Source: an uncultured Desulfovibrionaceae bacterium
GTDB lineage: Bacteria > Bacillota > Dethiobacteria > DTU022 > UBA8154
Direction: 5' to 3'
Length of the DNA: 32,470 nt
Assembly: GCA_964597455.1 (NCBI GenBank)
Contig: CAZQXY010000001.1
Location: forward strand, 5,034 to 37,503
Shown: positions 9,813 through 18,273 of the stretch, piece after piece
Position numbering within the stretch: position 1 is the first letter of the stretch
Layout of the letters: every line of letters starts with the position of its first letter
The notes under the pieces: generated by a model
Told to the model about the DNA's origin: nothing
What the model saw: the letters and a program-made list of their open reading frames with translations, nothing else
Database searches by the model: none
Translations under genes and position numbers: made by a program

Positions 9813-10556
9813 TTATAGCATAAGACCCCCGTCAACCAGGATTACAGAACCAGTAGTATAATTTGCATTTTGGGCTAAAAACAACACTGCCTCTGCTACC
9901 TCTTCAGGTTTTCCAAACCTCTCCAGAGATATCCTGGGAAGAATCATTTCTGTTAATTGATCCGGCAGATCTTCAGTCATATCCGTTTCGATAAAACCCG
10001 GCGCAACAGCATTTACCGTTATCCCCCTTTTCCCAAGTTCCTTTGCCAGTGACTTGGTAAAGGCAATGACTCCCGCTTTGGCTGCTGCATAATTAGATTG
10101 TCCGCTGTTTCCAACCATGCCGGCGACAGAAGCAATATTTATTATTTTACCTCCTCCTTTTTGTTTTAGGAGTGGCCTTAAGACAGCCTTACAACAATTA
10201 AATACTCCTTTCAGGTTGATATCCAGAACCACCTCCCAATCTTCCTCCTTCATTAACGCCAGGATCTTATCCCTGCGTATACCGGCATTATTTATTAGTA
10301 TATCAATTCTTCCAAAATTATCAAGAGTTGCTTTAACCATTTTTTCACATTCCGACAGGTGTCTTACGTCCGCACGGTAAACCATTCCTTTCCCGCCTGC
10401 CTCTTCAACTTTTCCTAAAGTATCCCTTGCGGCATCTTCATTTCCCTGATAATTAATTATCACGGCCGCACCTGCCCGGGCAAGACCAAGAACAATCGCT
10501 TTTCCTATTCCTCTTGACCCCCCTGTTACTATAGCTACCTTATCCTTCAAAGTCAA
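9813..10556 (-). CDS. fabG: 3-oxoacyl-ACP reductase
   Basis: SDR motifs [15 protein letters not shown] and YAAAKAG. TTG start in a 4-nt overlap (TTGA) with the fabD stop. Confidence 0.93.
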   Translation of the reverse strand: MTLKDKVAIVTGGSRGIGKAIVLGLARAGAAVIINYQGNEDAARDTLGKVEEAGGKGMVYRADVRHLSECEKMVKATLDNFGRIDILINNAGIRRDKILALMKEEDWEVVLDINLKGVFNCCKAVLRPLLKQKGGGKIINIASVAGMVGNSGQSNYAAAKAGVIAFTKSLAKELGKRGITVNAVAPGFIETDMTEDLPDQLTEMILPRISLERFGKPEEVAEAVLFLAQNANYTTGSVILVDGGLML

Positions 10557-11494
10557 GATTGCACCTCCTGCAGGAGTGTTATGAGCTTCTTCAGGGTCAG
10601 TATATCCTCAACATGAATAGCACGGGTTTCTTTAGAAATTTTTTTCATAAATCCTGTTAGAACACGTCCGGGTCCGATTTCTATAAAAATATCGTATCCG
10701 TCTTTCAAGAAAAGCCGCATCGAGTTTTCCCAGTAAACGGGGCTGTAAGACTGTGCCACGAGCGATTGCCGGATTTCTTCCGGATCCCACAGATAATTGG
10801 CGGATACGTTTGATACAAAGGGAGCACAGGGTCTATAAAAAGGCACATTTTCAAGTAAAGCCGACATCTTATCTTTTATCGTATAGAGTAATCTGCAATG
10901 AAAAGGTACGCTGACCGAAAGCACAACTGCTCTGGCCTTTTTCTCTTTTGCCAGCCGGCATACTTCTTTAACAGCCTGCATATGGCCTGCAATAACAATC
11001 TGACCTGGACAGTTATAATTTGCCGGCTCAACATGCCCTAAGGTCATGCTCTGCTCACACAGTATTCTTACTTCCTCGGAACTCAGCCCAAGAATTGCGG
11101 CCATCCCCCCTTTTCCCAAAGGGACAGCTTCCTGCATATACCGTGATCTTTTTTGAACGATCAAAAGAGCATCAGAAAAACTGATTACACCCGCGCATAC
11201 CAGAGCGCTGTATTCTCCCAGGCTTAAACCCGCCAGCCCTTCGGGATTTATACCTTCTTCCCTTAATACTTTTAAAATAGCAATGCTTGTTGTTAAAACC
11301 GCCGGTTGGGTTATCTCCGTTTTTTTTAAATCTTTTTTTTCTCCCCGGAAGATAACATTACTAATTTTAAATCCCAGTATTTCATCAGCTTCCTCAAAAA
11401 CAGCCCTGGAAGCAGGAAAATTATCTGCCATTTCTTTACCCATGCCCACGTACTGCGCGCCCTGACCGGGGAAAAGAAAAGCACATTTACCCAT
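10553..11494 (-). CDS. fabD: Malonyl-CoA:ACP transacylase
   Basis: FPGQGAQYVGMG N-terminus and the GLSLGEYSA active-site serine motif. Confidence 0.95.
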   Translation of the reverse strand: MGKCAFLFPGQGAQYVGMGKEMADNFPASRAVFEEADEILGFKISNVIFRGEKKDLKKTEITQPAVLTTSIAILKVLREEGINPEGLAGLSLGEYSALVCAGVISFSDALLIVQKRSRYMQEAVPLGKGGMAAILGLSSEEVRILCEQSMTLGHVEPANYNCPGQIVIAGHMQAVKEVCRLAKEKKARAVVLSVSVPFHCRLLYTIKDKMSALLENVPFYRPCAPFVSNVSANYLWDPEEIRQSLVAQSYSPVYWENSMRLFLKDGYDIFIEIGPGRVLTGFMKKISKETRAIHVEDILTLKKLITLLQEVQS

Positions 11495-11509
11495 ATTTTA
11501 CCTCCTCAG

Positions 11510-12499
11510 CTACCATTTTATTAGAGCAGCGCCCCAGGTCAGACCAGCGCCAAACGATACCATGGCTATTAAATCGCCTGTTTTTATTTTCCCTTCTTCT
11601 ACCGCTTCGTCCAAAACAACGGGAATAGACGCCGAAGATATATTCCCGTAACGCTGGATATTCACCAGGACCTGTTCGGGTTTTAAATGCAACCTTTTAG
11701 ATGCCGCCTTGATAATACGCACATTTGCCTGATGCGGTATTAAAAAATCAAGGTCTTCAAGTTCTTTGCCGCAAAGGTCCAGTATTTTTTTTGTGGAGTC
11801 TACCATAACCGTCACTGCAAATTTAAAAATCTCTGGGCCGTTCATTTTTACATAATGCATTCTTTCCTCAACAGTCCTGAGTGAGGCAGGAGCCCTGCTC
11901 CCACCGGCAGGGACATATAATAAACCTGCCTTACTGCCGTCTGAGAACATTTTGCTCACAAGCAACCCGCGATCCCCTTCCACTTCCCTGATCACTACAG
12001 CTCCCGCACCGTCACCGAAGAGCACGCATGTATTGCGATCCTGCCAATCGATAACCGGGGAAAGAGTATCAGCCCCGACAAGGAGGATATTTTTCATCGC
12101 TCCGGTTTTAATAAACTGTTCCGCAACACTTAAGCCATATAAAAAACCTGTACACCCCGCCGCAAGATCAAACGCCGCCGCGTTACAGGCATTAAGTTCA
12201 GACTGAATCAAACATGCTGTTGAAGGGAAGACCATGTCCGGGGTTACCGTTGCCACAAGAATTAAATCGATATCACGAGGTTCCAAACCGGCCCTTTCCA
12301 GGGCTATTTTAGAAGCAGCAAGCGACAGCCCGGAGTTTGTCTCACCGGGGCCAAGTATACGTCTTTCCTCAATCCCCGTCCTCTCCCGGATCCATTTATC
12401 GCTGGTTTCAACAAGATGTTCAAGATCAAAATTTGTTAAGCGTCCCACAGGCAAGGCCCTTCCCGTTGATACAATCCCGACAGCCTTTTCGGATTGCAT
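11510..12499 (-). CDS. fabH: 3-oxoacyl-ACP synthase III
   Basis: 329 aa. AAGCTGF active-site Cys, HQAN, and the GNISSASIP/FGAGLTWG C-terminus. Confidence 0.95.
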   Translation of the reverse strand: MQSEKAVGIVSTGRALPVGRLTNFDLEHLVETSDKWIRERTGIEERRILGPGETNSGLSLAASKIALERAGLEPRDIDLILVATVTPDMVFPSTACLIQSELNACNAAAFDLAAGCTGFLYGLSVAEQFIKTGAMKNILLVGADTLSPVIDWQDRNTCVLFGDGAGAVVIREVEGDRGLLVSKMFSDGSKAGLLYVPAGGSRAPASLRTVEERMHYVKMNGPEIFKFAVTVMVDSTKKILDLCGKELEDLDFLIPHQANVRIIKAASKRLHLKPEQVLVNIQRYGNISSASIPVVLDEAVEEGKIKTGDLIAMVSFGAGLTWGAALIKW

Positions 12500-12512
12500 G
12501 CCATGCCCCCTT

Positions 12513-13532
12513 TCAACTAAGAATTTCGCTTAGTGCGTCTTCAATTTTTTTATTAGCGCTGTTATGCACAAATGGATAAACCTGTTTTATTAAAGCCTGC
12601 GTTATGGCCTTTTCCCTGGAGGAACCGTGGCACTTGAAACAAACACCTTTCAGGCCCAGCAACAGGCTGCCTCCATGCTCAGATTCATCCAAACTGGAAC
12701 TGATTCTATTAAAAATTGGTCGAAACAGGGGAGAAGCAAGACGAGCCTTAAAATCATTTTTTATCTCTTTACGCAGATGCCCAAAAACATCCCTGGCAAA
12801 CCCCTCAATGGTTTTTAATAATACATTTCCCACAAAACCATCGCACACCAGGACATCGGCCGCACAGTGGAATATCTCTTTTGCTTCAACATTACCGATG
12901 AAATCTGCAACATTTGCTTTAATCAAACGGTATGCATTTTTTACTTGCATGTTGCCCTTACTTTCTTCTGTACCAACGTTCAAGAGGGCGACAGAGGGAT
13001 TTTCTTTTCCAAGTACTTCCCGGGCATAAATCCTGCCCATTAAAGCATAATGCAAAAGGTGTTCAGGTTTGGCATCCATATTTGCTCCAATATCCAGTAC
13101 CACCGTACCTTGCCCCTGCCCTTCAAATGTGGGGATCACCGTCATTAGTGCAGGCCGTTTGATTCCGTTTAACCGCTCCAGAAAAAGCAACCCCCCGGCC
13201 ATCAGCGCTCCGGTATTTCCTGCGCTCATTACTGCATCTGCGTCACCGTTACGGACCAATTGCATGGCTGTAACCATGGAAGACTTCTTTTTAGAGCGTA
13301 TAGCCAGGCCGGGATCTTCATTATTGCCGATGACTTCTTCAGTATTTATAATTTCAATACGAGAAGAATCTATTTCCATATCTATACTTTTTTGTATTGC
13401 CTCCGCAGAACCAACCAGAGAAATCTGCAAATCATCGGTTCTCTTTACAGCAGAGATAACTCCCTTTACTATCTCGGAGGGTGCATAGTCACCTCCCATA
13501 GCATCGACCGCTACACGCAACACAGATCCCAT
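12513..13532 (-). CDS. plsX: Phosphate acyltransferase PlsX
   Basis: RVAVDAMGGDYAP N-terminus, 339 aa, conserved position upstream of the fab genes. Confidence 0.95.
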   Translation of the reverse strand: MGSVLRVAVDAMGGDYAPSEIVKGVISAVKRTDDLQISLVGSAEAIQKSIDMEIDSSRIEIINTEEVIGNNEDPGLAIRSKKKSSMVTAMQLVRNGDADAVMSAGNTGALMAGGLLFLERLNGIKRPALMTVIPTFEGQGQGTVVLDIGANMDAKPEHLLHYALMGRIYAREVLGKENPSVALLNVGTEESKGNMQVKNAYRLIKANVADFIGNVEAKEIFHCAADVLVCDGFVGNVLLKTIEGFARDVFGHLRKEIKNDFKARLASPLFRPIFNRISSSLDESEHGGSLLLGLKGVCFKCHGSSREKAITQALIKQVYPFVHNSANKKIEDALSEILS

Positions 13533-13623
13533 CTCCTAAATACAAAAAATATTCTATTAAATAAAATAAACCCCGGATTAAACCTGCAGAGGCTTAAGCC
13601 AGGTAATAGCTCCGATCTTGTTA

Positions 13624-13794
13624 CTATTTTACAACCTCTTTGCCCTTGTAATATCCACAATTCGGACAAATTCTATGCGCCATCTTAACCTCGTGGCATT
13701 GAGGGCATACGGAAAAACCCGGAAGAGTCAGTTTCCAGTTGGCTCTGCGCTTATTCCTTCTTGTTTTTGACGTTCTTCTCACAGGTACTGCCAA
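13624..13794 (-). CDS. rpmF: 50S ribosomal protein L32 (zinc-ribbon form)
   Basis: [17 protein letters not shown] plus CPQC...CPNC. Start re-called to TTG 13794, 6 nt after GGAGGTG. The 79-aa track model is over-extended. Confidence 0.9.
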   Translation of the reverse strand: MAVPVRRTSKTRRNKRRANWKLTLPGFSVCPQCHEVKMAHRICPNCGYYKGKEVVK

Positions 13795-13931
13795 AAAAAA
13801 CACCTCCTTTGCTCTACTCTCAATTAATTTAATTCTTACAGTCCAGATAATCTTTGGCGACATCGATGATCCTTACAAACTACGAATAATAATTTTTAGC
13901 TATCGAGCTTAATCATTTTTTCCAGCTTAAA

Positions 13932-14453
13932 TCATTGTTTTTCTTTAAGCTTTTGTAAAAGCTCCCAGCGGGGATCAAGGTTATCCTCCAGACAATTGCA
14001 CTGCTGATAATTTAAGTTTATCCCACAAACAGGGCAAAGGCCTTTGCACTGGCTCCGGCAGAGGATTTTTAAAGGCTGGGACATAAGAAACGACTGCCGG
14101 AAATACTCATTTAAATCAAGCGTATCTCCCCTGAAAACAAACAACTCCCCTGCCTCCGGAGCGTTCCCGCTATCCCGTTCTGAAGGTTCATTAATTAAGC
14201 TCAGCTGCTTAAATTCTTCATAAAAGCTTTCCTTCATTGGATATTTACACCCTTCCAGGCAGCGGCTGCACTCACCTTGTATCTCTGCCTCCCAGTGTCC
14301 TTTGATTAAGATCATTTTTGCAACATAAGCGGCCAGGAGGTCAATTTTCAGCACCGGGTCTTCTTCATTGCCGCCAATATTTAGCATTAGAGTGCTGCTG
14401 CAGGTGACAAATTTTCCCTCTTCCTTCCTGAGATCGGGGACATACAGCTTCAT
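13932..14453 (-). CDS. yceD: YceD/DUF177 family protein (23S rRNA accumulation/ribosome-associated)
   Basis: 173 aa. C-terminal Cys cluster CRSQCKGLCPVCGINLN..CNC. Conserved pairing directly upstream of rpmF. Confidence 0.85.
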   Translation of the reverse strand: MKLYVPDLRKEEGKFVTCSSTLMLNIGGNEEDPVLKIDLLAAYVAKMILIKGHWEAEIQGECSRCLEGCKYPMKESFYEEFKQLSLINEPSERDSGNAPEAGELFVFRGDTLDLNEYFRQSFLMSQPLKILCRSQCKGLCPVCGINLNYQQCNCLEDNLDPRWELLQKLKEKQ

Positions 14454-14484
14454 AAATAAGTTTCACCTCTTAAAACTAAGCCTA

Positions 14485-14514
14485 ATTATATATGAGCCCA
14501 AACTTTTTTGTCAA
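14485..14514 (-). promoter_or_regulatory. Sigma-A-type promoter for yceD-rpmF-plsX-fab
   Basis: On the minus strand, TTGACA (14514..14509), an 18-nt spacer, then TATAAT (14490..14485), about 30 nt upstream of the yceD ATG and its AAGAGGTG SD. Confidence 0.5.
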
Positions 14515-14551
14515 GAAATTAAAGGGGTTTTGCAAATTTGGGGCACAACGG

Positions 14552-14950
14552 CTAATACGTAACCCCATCCACTCCTTCAAGCTTTTGATCGCTAAAGGCA
14601 ATGATAATACGGTTGGGAACACATACAATACTCTGGTAATTACTGCTGATCCATCCGGTATGAGAACAAATGCCGCGAGGACAAAGTTCTTCATCCAGGG
14701 GAAGCATACGAACTTTCCCACCGCTTATCTCAATGGTAGCGGTATGTTCTTGATGATCACCGAAAGGGAAAGAAACTCTCCGCTCCGTACCGGCATTTGT
14801 TGAAAACTCCATCACCAGCTTGTTATTTACATGAACCGTTATATACTCTGGTTTCATTTCAGCACCTAAACTGAAATTAAAAATAAAACCTGCAGCGCTG
14901 AAAGCTAAAATAATAGCAATAAATAGTTTATCATAAAAAGTAATTTTCAT
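14552..14950 (-). CDS. NusG domain II-containing membrane-anchored protein
   Basis: N-terminal TM/signal anchor (FIAIILAFSAAGFIF). Family-typical C-terminal motif LCPRGICSHTGWIS...IVCVPNR. Confidence 0.7.
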   Translation of the reverse strand: MKITFYDKLFIAIILAFSAAGFIFNFSLGAEMKPEYITVHVNNKLVMEFSTNAGTERRVSFPFGDHQEHTATIEISGGKVRMLPLDEELCPRGICSHTGWISSNYQSIVCVPNRIIIAFSDQKLEGVDGVTY

Positions 14951-15022
14951 AAAACCACACCTTTATTTAATACATACCACACATACCACAAAAAAATCCG
15001 CTGTCCCAAACAATTATAGCTT

Positions 15023-15052
15023 AATGAACTACATAAAAGCAAGTTTCAGACA
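15023..15052 (-). promoter_or_regulatory. Candidate sigma-A promoter for the NusG_II gene
   Basis: On the minus strand, TTGCTT (15052..15047), an 18-nt spacer, then TATAAT (15028..15023). Confidence 0.35.
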
Positions 15053-15054
15053 CT

Positions 15055-15459
15055 CTAGGAAAGGGTTTCTCCTTTCACAAGTGTAAGCTTGTTTGTATTG
15101 CTGCCAACAGCGATAAGCTTTTTCTCACAATAGATAAATGCCTGTCCAAAAGCCATAAGGCCTTTTCTGTGGATTATCTCTCCTTCTGCTACGACTGTAC
15201 CGCCGGTTACCGGGTTGAGATAATTTACCTTCAATTCCAATGTCGCTATACCCTTTACTTCCTTTTTGCTCAATAAGACACAGCCCAGAACAGCATCCAC
15301 CATTGAGGAAATTACCCCTCCATGAAGGGTACCCATCGGATTAACCAGATCTTTTCTCCACTGCAGGCTCAATCTGGCCTGGGGGTATTTTACTTCTTCC
15401 AGCTTTACACCAATCAACTCTAAATAAGGTGAAAGAGCAATTTGCTTATCTGTATTCAT
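15055..15459 (-). CDS. PaaI-family hotdog-fold thioesterase
   Basis: 134 aa. The NPMGTLHGGVISSMVDAVLG core is typical of PaaI/4HBT-type thioesterases. Its ATG overlaps the macrodomain stop (ATGA). Confidence 0.85.
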   Translation of the reverse strand: MNTDKQIALSPYLELIGVKLEEVKYPQARLSLQWRKDLVNPMGTLHGGVISSMVDAVLGCVLLSKKEVKGIATLELKVNYLNPVTGGTVVAEGEIIHRKGLMAFGQAFIYCEKKLIAVGSNTNKLTLVKGETLS

Positions 15460-16004
15460 TTTGCAGCCGTAATCTTTTGCAAGGTTTTTTTAAAGACCTC
15501 GTAATCTTGTTTACCGAAAAGGACAAAACGAACGGTTTCCGGGAGGTCATTCTCTTGAATATATTTTATTACAGTACGTAAAGAAATATCAGCGGCGTCT
15601 TCGAGAGGATAACCGAAGATACCCGTACTGATAGCGGGAAATGCCACGCTCCTAATCCCTTGCTTTTGGGCCAGATTAAGGCTGTTTAGATAACAATTTT
15701 CAAGATCCCTTGCATTTTGAGATGTATGATTATAGACAGGGCCCACAGTATGGATAACATATTTTGCTTTGAGCCGGTAACCGCCCGAGATCTTCGCCTC
15801 TCCTGTTTCACATCCGCCCAATTTTTTGCATTCTTCCCATAACCCCGGCCCCGCTGCGCGGTGGATAGCTCCCGCAACGCCGCCGCCGGGGGCCAGTCTC
15901 TTGTTGGCGGCGTTAACAATCGCCTCTGTGTCCTGGCCTGTTATATCACCCATGATAATCTGCAATTTAGTTTTACCCTCATGAAAAGATATCTCTTCTT
16001 GCAT
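15456..16004 (-). CDS. Macro-domain protein (MacroD/YmdB-like ADP-ribose ester hydrolase)
   Basis: 182 aa. Motifs IVNAANKRLAPGGGVAGAIHRAAGP, VIHTVGP and AFPAISTGIFGYP. Confidence 0.9.
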   Translation of the reverse strand: MQEEISFHEGKTKLQIIMGDITGQDTEAIVNAANKRLAPGGGVAGAIHRAAGPGLWEECKKLGGCETGEAKISGGYRLKAKYVIHTVGPVYNHTSQNARDLENCYLNSLNLAQKQGIRSVAFPAISTGIFGYPLEDAADISLRTVIKYIQENDLPETVRFVLFGKQDYEVFKKTLQKITAAK

Positions 16005-16061
16005 GAATTATTACCCTCCCGTATTTTTTAAAAGTAGCTCTAACTCTTTTGATCTAAGCGC

Positions 16062-16520
16062 TTATTGATATTTAATCATCAACCAATGGTTGTCCTTTTT
16101 TCCCGTTTTTATTAGAACGTAAGCTCCCCGGATAAGCTCACCAAGCAATATAACCTTGATTTTCCGCGCTGTTTTTTCAAGTAAAGCATACCTGCCCCTG
16201 TCCCAGATAATAACCTTCCCTGCCCCGTAATTTCCTTCAGGAATAGTACCCTGAAAATTTAAATATTCCAGAGGGTGATCTTCTACCTCTACCGCCAGCC
16301 TGCGCTCCCCGTTTTCACGCGGAAGCCCTTTGGGTAATGCCCAGCTTTTTAATACCCCGCCCGTCTCCAGGCGAAAATCCCAGTGAAGCCTGCGGGCATG
16401 ATGTTCCTGTACAACAAAACGACCGGCTTCCTCTGCTTCAGTCTCCCCTGCGGAGTCCGGAGAAGGCTCCGGAGTATTTAAGAAGTTCCTTTTCCCAATA
16501 TATTCCTTTAATTTCTTCAT
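16062..16520 (-). CDS. Stand-alone DNA ligase D 3'-phosphoesterase (PE) domain protein
   Basis: 152 aa. YIGKRNFLNTPEP, FVVQEHHARRLHWDFRLE, LKSWALPKG, VEDHPLEY and GNYGAGKVIIWDRG match the LigD PE domain core. Confidence 0.85.
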   Translation of the reverse strand: MKKLKEYIGKRNFLNTPEPSPDSAGETEAEEAGRFVVQEHHARRLHWDFRLETGGVLKSWALPKGLPRENGERRLAVEVEDHPLEYLNFQGTIPEGNYGAGKVIIWDRGRYALLEKTARKIKVILLGELIRGAYVLIKTGKKDNHWLMIKYQ

Positions 16521-16615
16521 GCAAATACTCCAACAATTTGTTTCACTTCAAAAGGCCACTGTTCAATTACTTAAATGTGAGTTAAAATATTTTTTAAAGA
16601 AAGGTGGTCAAACAG

Positions 16616-17071
16616 ATGATTTTCAGAAAAGCAAAAATGTCTGATGTTGAACAGATTGCCGCGTTAATTAATGCGTATGCCGATCAGGGGCTTATGCTTA
16701 ACCGCACCCTTCCCTCATTATACCAAAAAATCAGGGATTATACTCTTATTGAAAATAATAACGCGATTATCGGAGTGGGTGGATTGCATATATTATGGAA
16801 GGATCTGTCGGAAATCTGCTCGTTGGCCATTGCTCCCCGGTTTATTAATAACGGCCTTGGCCTGGCGCTTGTAGATATCCTCCTTCAAGAAAGCAGAGAG
16901 CTCGGCATAGAAAAAGTGTTTGCCTTAACTTATCAGCCCGCCTTTTTTGAAAAAAGCGGATTTGCGCGCATTGGAAAAGACCAATTGCCGCAAAAGGTAT
17001 GGACAGAATGCATAAATTGCCCTAAATTCCCCAACTGTGACGAAATAGCGCTCATCAAGTCATTGCAATAA
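16616..17071 (+). CDS. GNAT-family N-acetyltransferase (ArgA-like amino-acid acetyltransferase type)
   Basis: GNAT core IIGVGGLHILW...LAIAPRFINNGLGLALV and a C-terminal Cys-containing tail (CINCPKFPNC). ATG 16616 lies 8 nt after AAAGGTGG. The track GTG 16604 sits inside the SD. Confidence 0.85.
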   Translation: MIFRKAKMSDVEQIAALINAYADQGLMLNRTLPSLYQKIRDYTLIENNNAIIGVGGLHILWKDLSEICSLAIAPRFINNGLGLALVDILLQESRELGIEKVFALTYQPAFFEKSGFARIGKDQLPQKVWTECINCPKFPNCDEIALIKSLQ

Positions 17072-17075
17072 AGCG

Positions 17076-17645
17076 CTAATAGATACGCTTATACTGTCTG
17101 TATGTTCTCTCTACCTTTAAGATAAAATTGTACGTTTCAGGGAATGGTATGTCCTTAAGCCTCTCCCGGGTACCATCCCAGACTCCTTCCCGTAACCAGC
17201 GGCTGACATGCCCTCTGCCGCCGTTATACGCTGCCAGGGCGGCATATAAGTTGCCGTCATATTGATGAAAAAGCCCTGCCAGATACCATGTGCCGATAGC
17301 AATATTGATGCGGGGATCAAAAAGATGCTCCTGTGAAAAGGATTCCATTTTCATCTGTTCCGCCGCCCAGAATCCCGTTTCCGGCATTACCTGCATTAAC
17401 CCTGCCGCCCCTTTAGGTGATTTGGCATCTACGTTAAAACTGCTCTCTACCCTAACAATGGCCGCTATCAGCAAAGGTTCAATTTTATTTTTTTGCGCCT
17501 CGCCGATAATAATTTCACGGTAGGGAAATGGATAATAATATCTTGCCAGATAATCAGACTGCGTAATAAAAAGATAAACAGATAAGATAAAAAGCAGTAA
17601 GTATAAACACCTGTGGATTTTCTTACTTTGAAACAGAAACAGCAC
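17076..17645 (-). CDS. Membrane-anchored lytic transglycosylase (SLT domain)
   Basis: N-terminal TM helix, catalytic ESSFNVDAKSPKGAAGLMQVMP, and AYNGG. Confidence 0.88.
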   Translation of the reverse strand: MLFLFQSKKIHRCLYLLLFILSVYLFITQSDYLARYYYPFPYREIIIGEAQKNKIEPLLIAAIVRVESSFNVDAKSPKGAAGLMQVMPETGFWAAEQMKMESFSQEHLFDPRINIAIGTWYLAGLFHQYDGNLYAALAAYNGGRGHVSRWLREGVWDGTRERLKDIPFPETYNFILKVERTYRQYKRIY

Positions 17646-17648
17646 CTC

Positions 17649-18254
17649 TTATCCGCAAATTGCCTGTATCTTTTCCCACAACAAATCCACCTTTTCTTTC
17701 AACAATTCCTCTGTCCCGTTATTACAAATAACAAAATCAGCTTTTTCAATTTTTTTCCTTAGCTCCATCTGGGAACGTATGCGCCTTAGCGCCTCTTCCC
17801 GGGGCAGCCCATCCCTTGCCAACAATCTTTGTATCTGAACCTCTTCCGGGGAGGCCACCACAACAACAAAATCAACTCTTTTATCGTATCCGGTTTCGAA
17901 CAAAAGCGGAATATCCCAGATCAGAAGCCTGCCGGGGAACTCTTTCTTCAATTCGCTGCTTCTCAGATAAAAAAGATCTAAAACCCGGGGATGGATGATG
18001 CTGTTTAATTTTGCAAGGGATTTCTCGTCATAAAAAACTATGGAAGCAATTTTTTTACGGTCTAAAGAACCGTCTCCCTCGACAATAACATCTCCAAGCC
18101 ATTGAATAATCTCCTTCCAGGCTTGATTTCCCGGTTCGACGGCCTCTCTGGAGAGCTGGTCCGCATCAACCAATATGGCTCCTTTTTGAACCAGCATTCC
18201 AGCAACTGTGGATTTACCGCATGCTATTCCGCCCGTCAAACCTATTACATGCAT
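17649..18254 (-). CDS. coaE: Dephospho-CoA kinase
   Basis: MHVIGLTGGIACGKST P-loop at the N-terminus. Start re-called to ATG 18254 behind GAAGGTGG. The longer track model overlaps mutM. Confidence 0.92.
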   Translation of the reverse strand: MHVIGLTGGIACGKSTVAGMLVQKGAILVDADQLSREAVEPGNQAWKEIIQWLGDVIVEGDGSLDRKKIASIVFYDEKSLAKLNSIIHPRVLDLFYLRSSELKKEFPGRLLIWDIPLLFETGYDKRVDFVVVVASPEEVQIQRLLARDGLPREEALRRIRSQMELRKKIEKADFVICNNGTEELLKEKVDLLWEKIQAICG

Positions 18255-18273
18255 ATTCCCACCTTCTTCCTCA

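Noticed and set aside
9533-9835. The long versions of acpP (100 aa), rpmF (13624..13863, 79 aa) and coaE (17649..18320, 223 aa) from the ORF track.
   Set aside because: In each case the extra N-terminal residues overlap the upstream gene or spacer. A strong SD precedes an internal GTG, TTG or ATG that yields the canonical protein length and N-terminus.
14482-14803. ORFs 14482..14721 (-) and 14492..14803 (+), which overlap the NusG_II gene and the yceD promoter.
   Set aside because: They overlap a better-supported ORF and a consensus promoter. Neither has an SD or recognisable motifs.
15686-15919. A 77-aa alternative-frame ORF inside the macrodomain gene.
   Set aside because: It is nested out of frame in a gene with clear macrodomain motifs, and its composition (R, A, P, W rich) is typical of an off-frame translation.
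16532-16542. An 11-bp palindrome AACAAtTTGTT in the LigD-PE leader, considered as an operator.
   Set aside because: It is too short and AT-rich to distinguish from chance in an AT-rich intergenic region.
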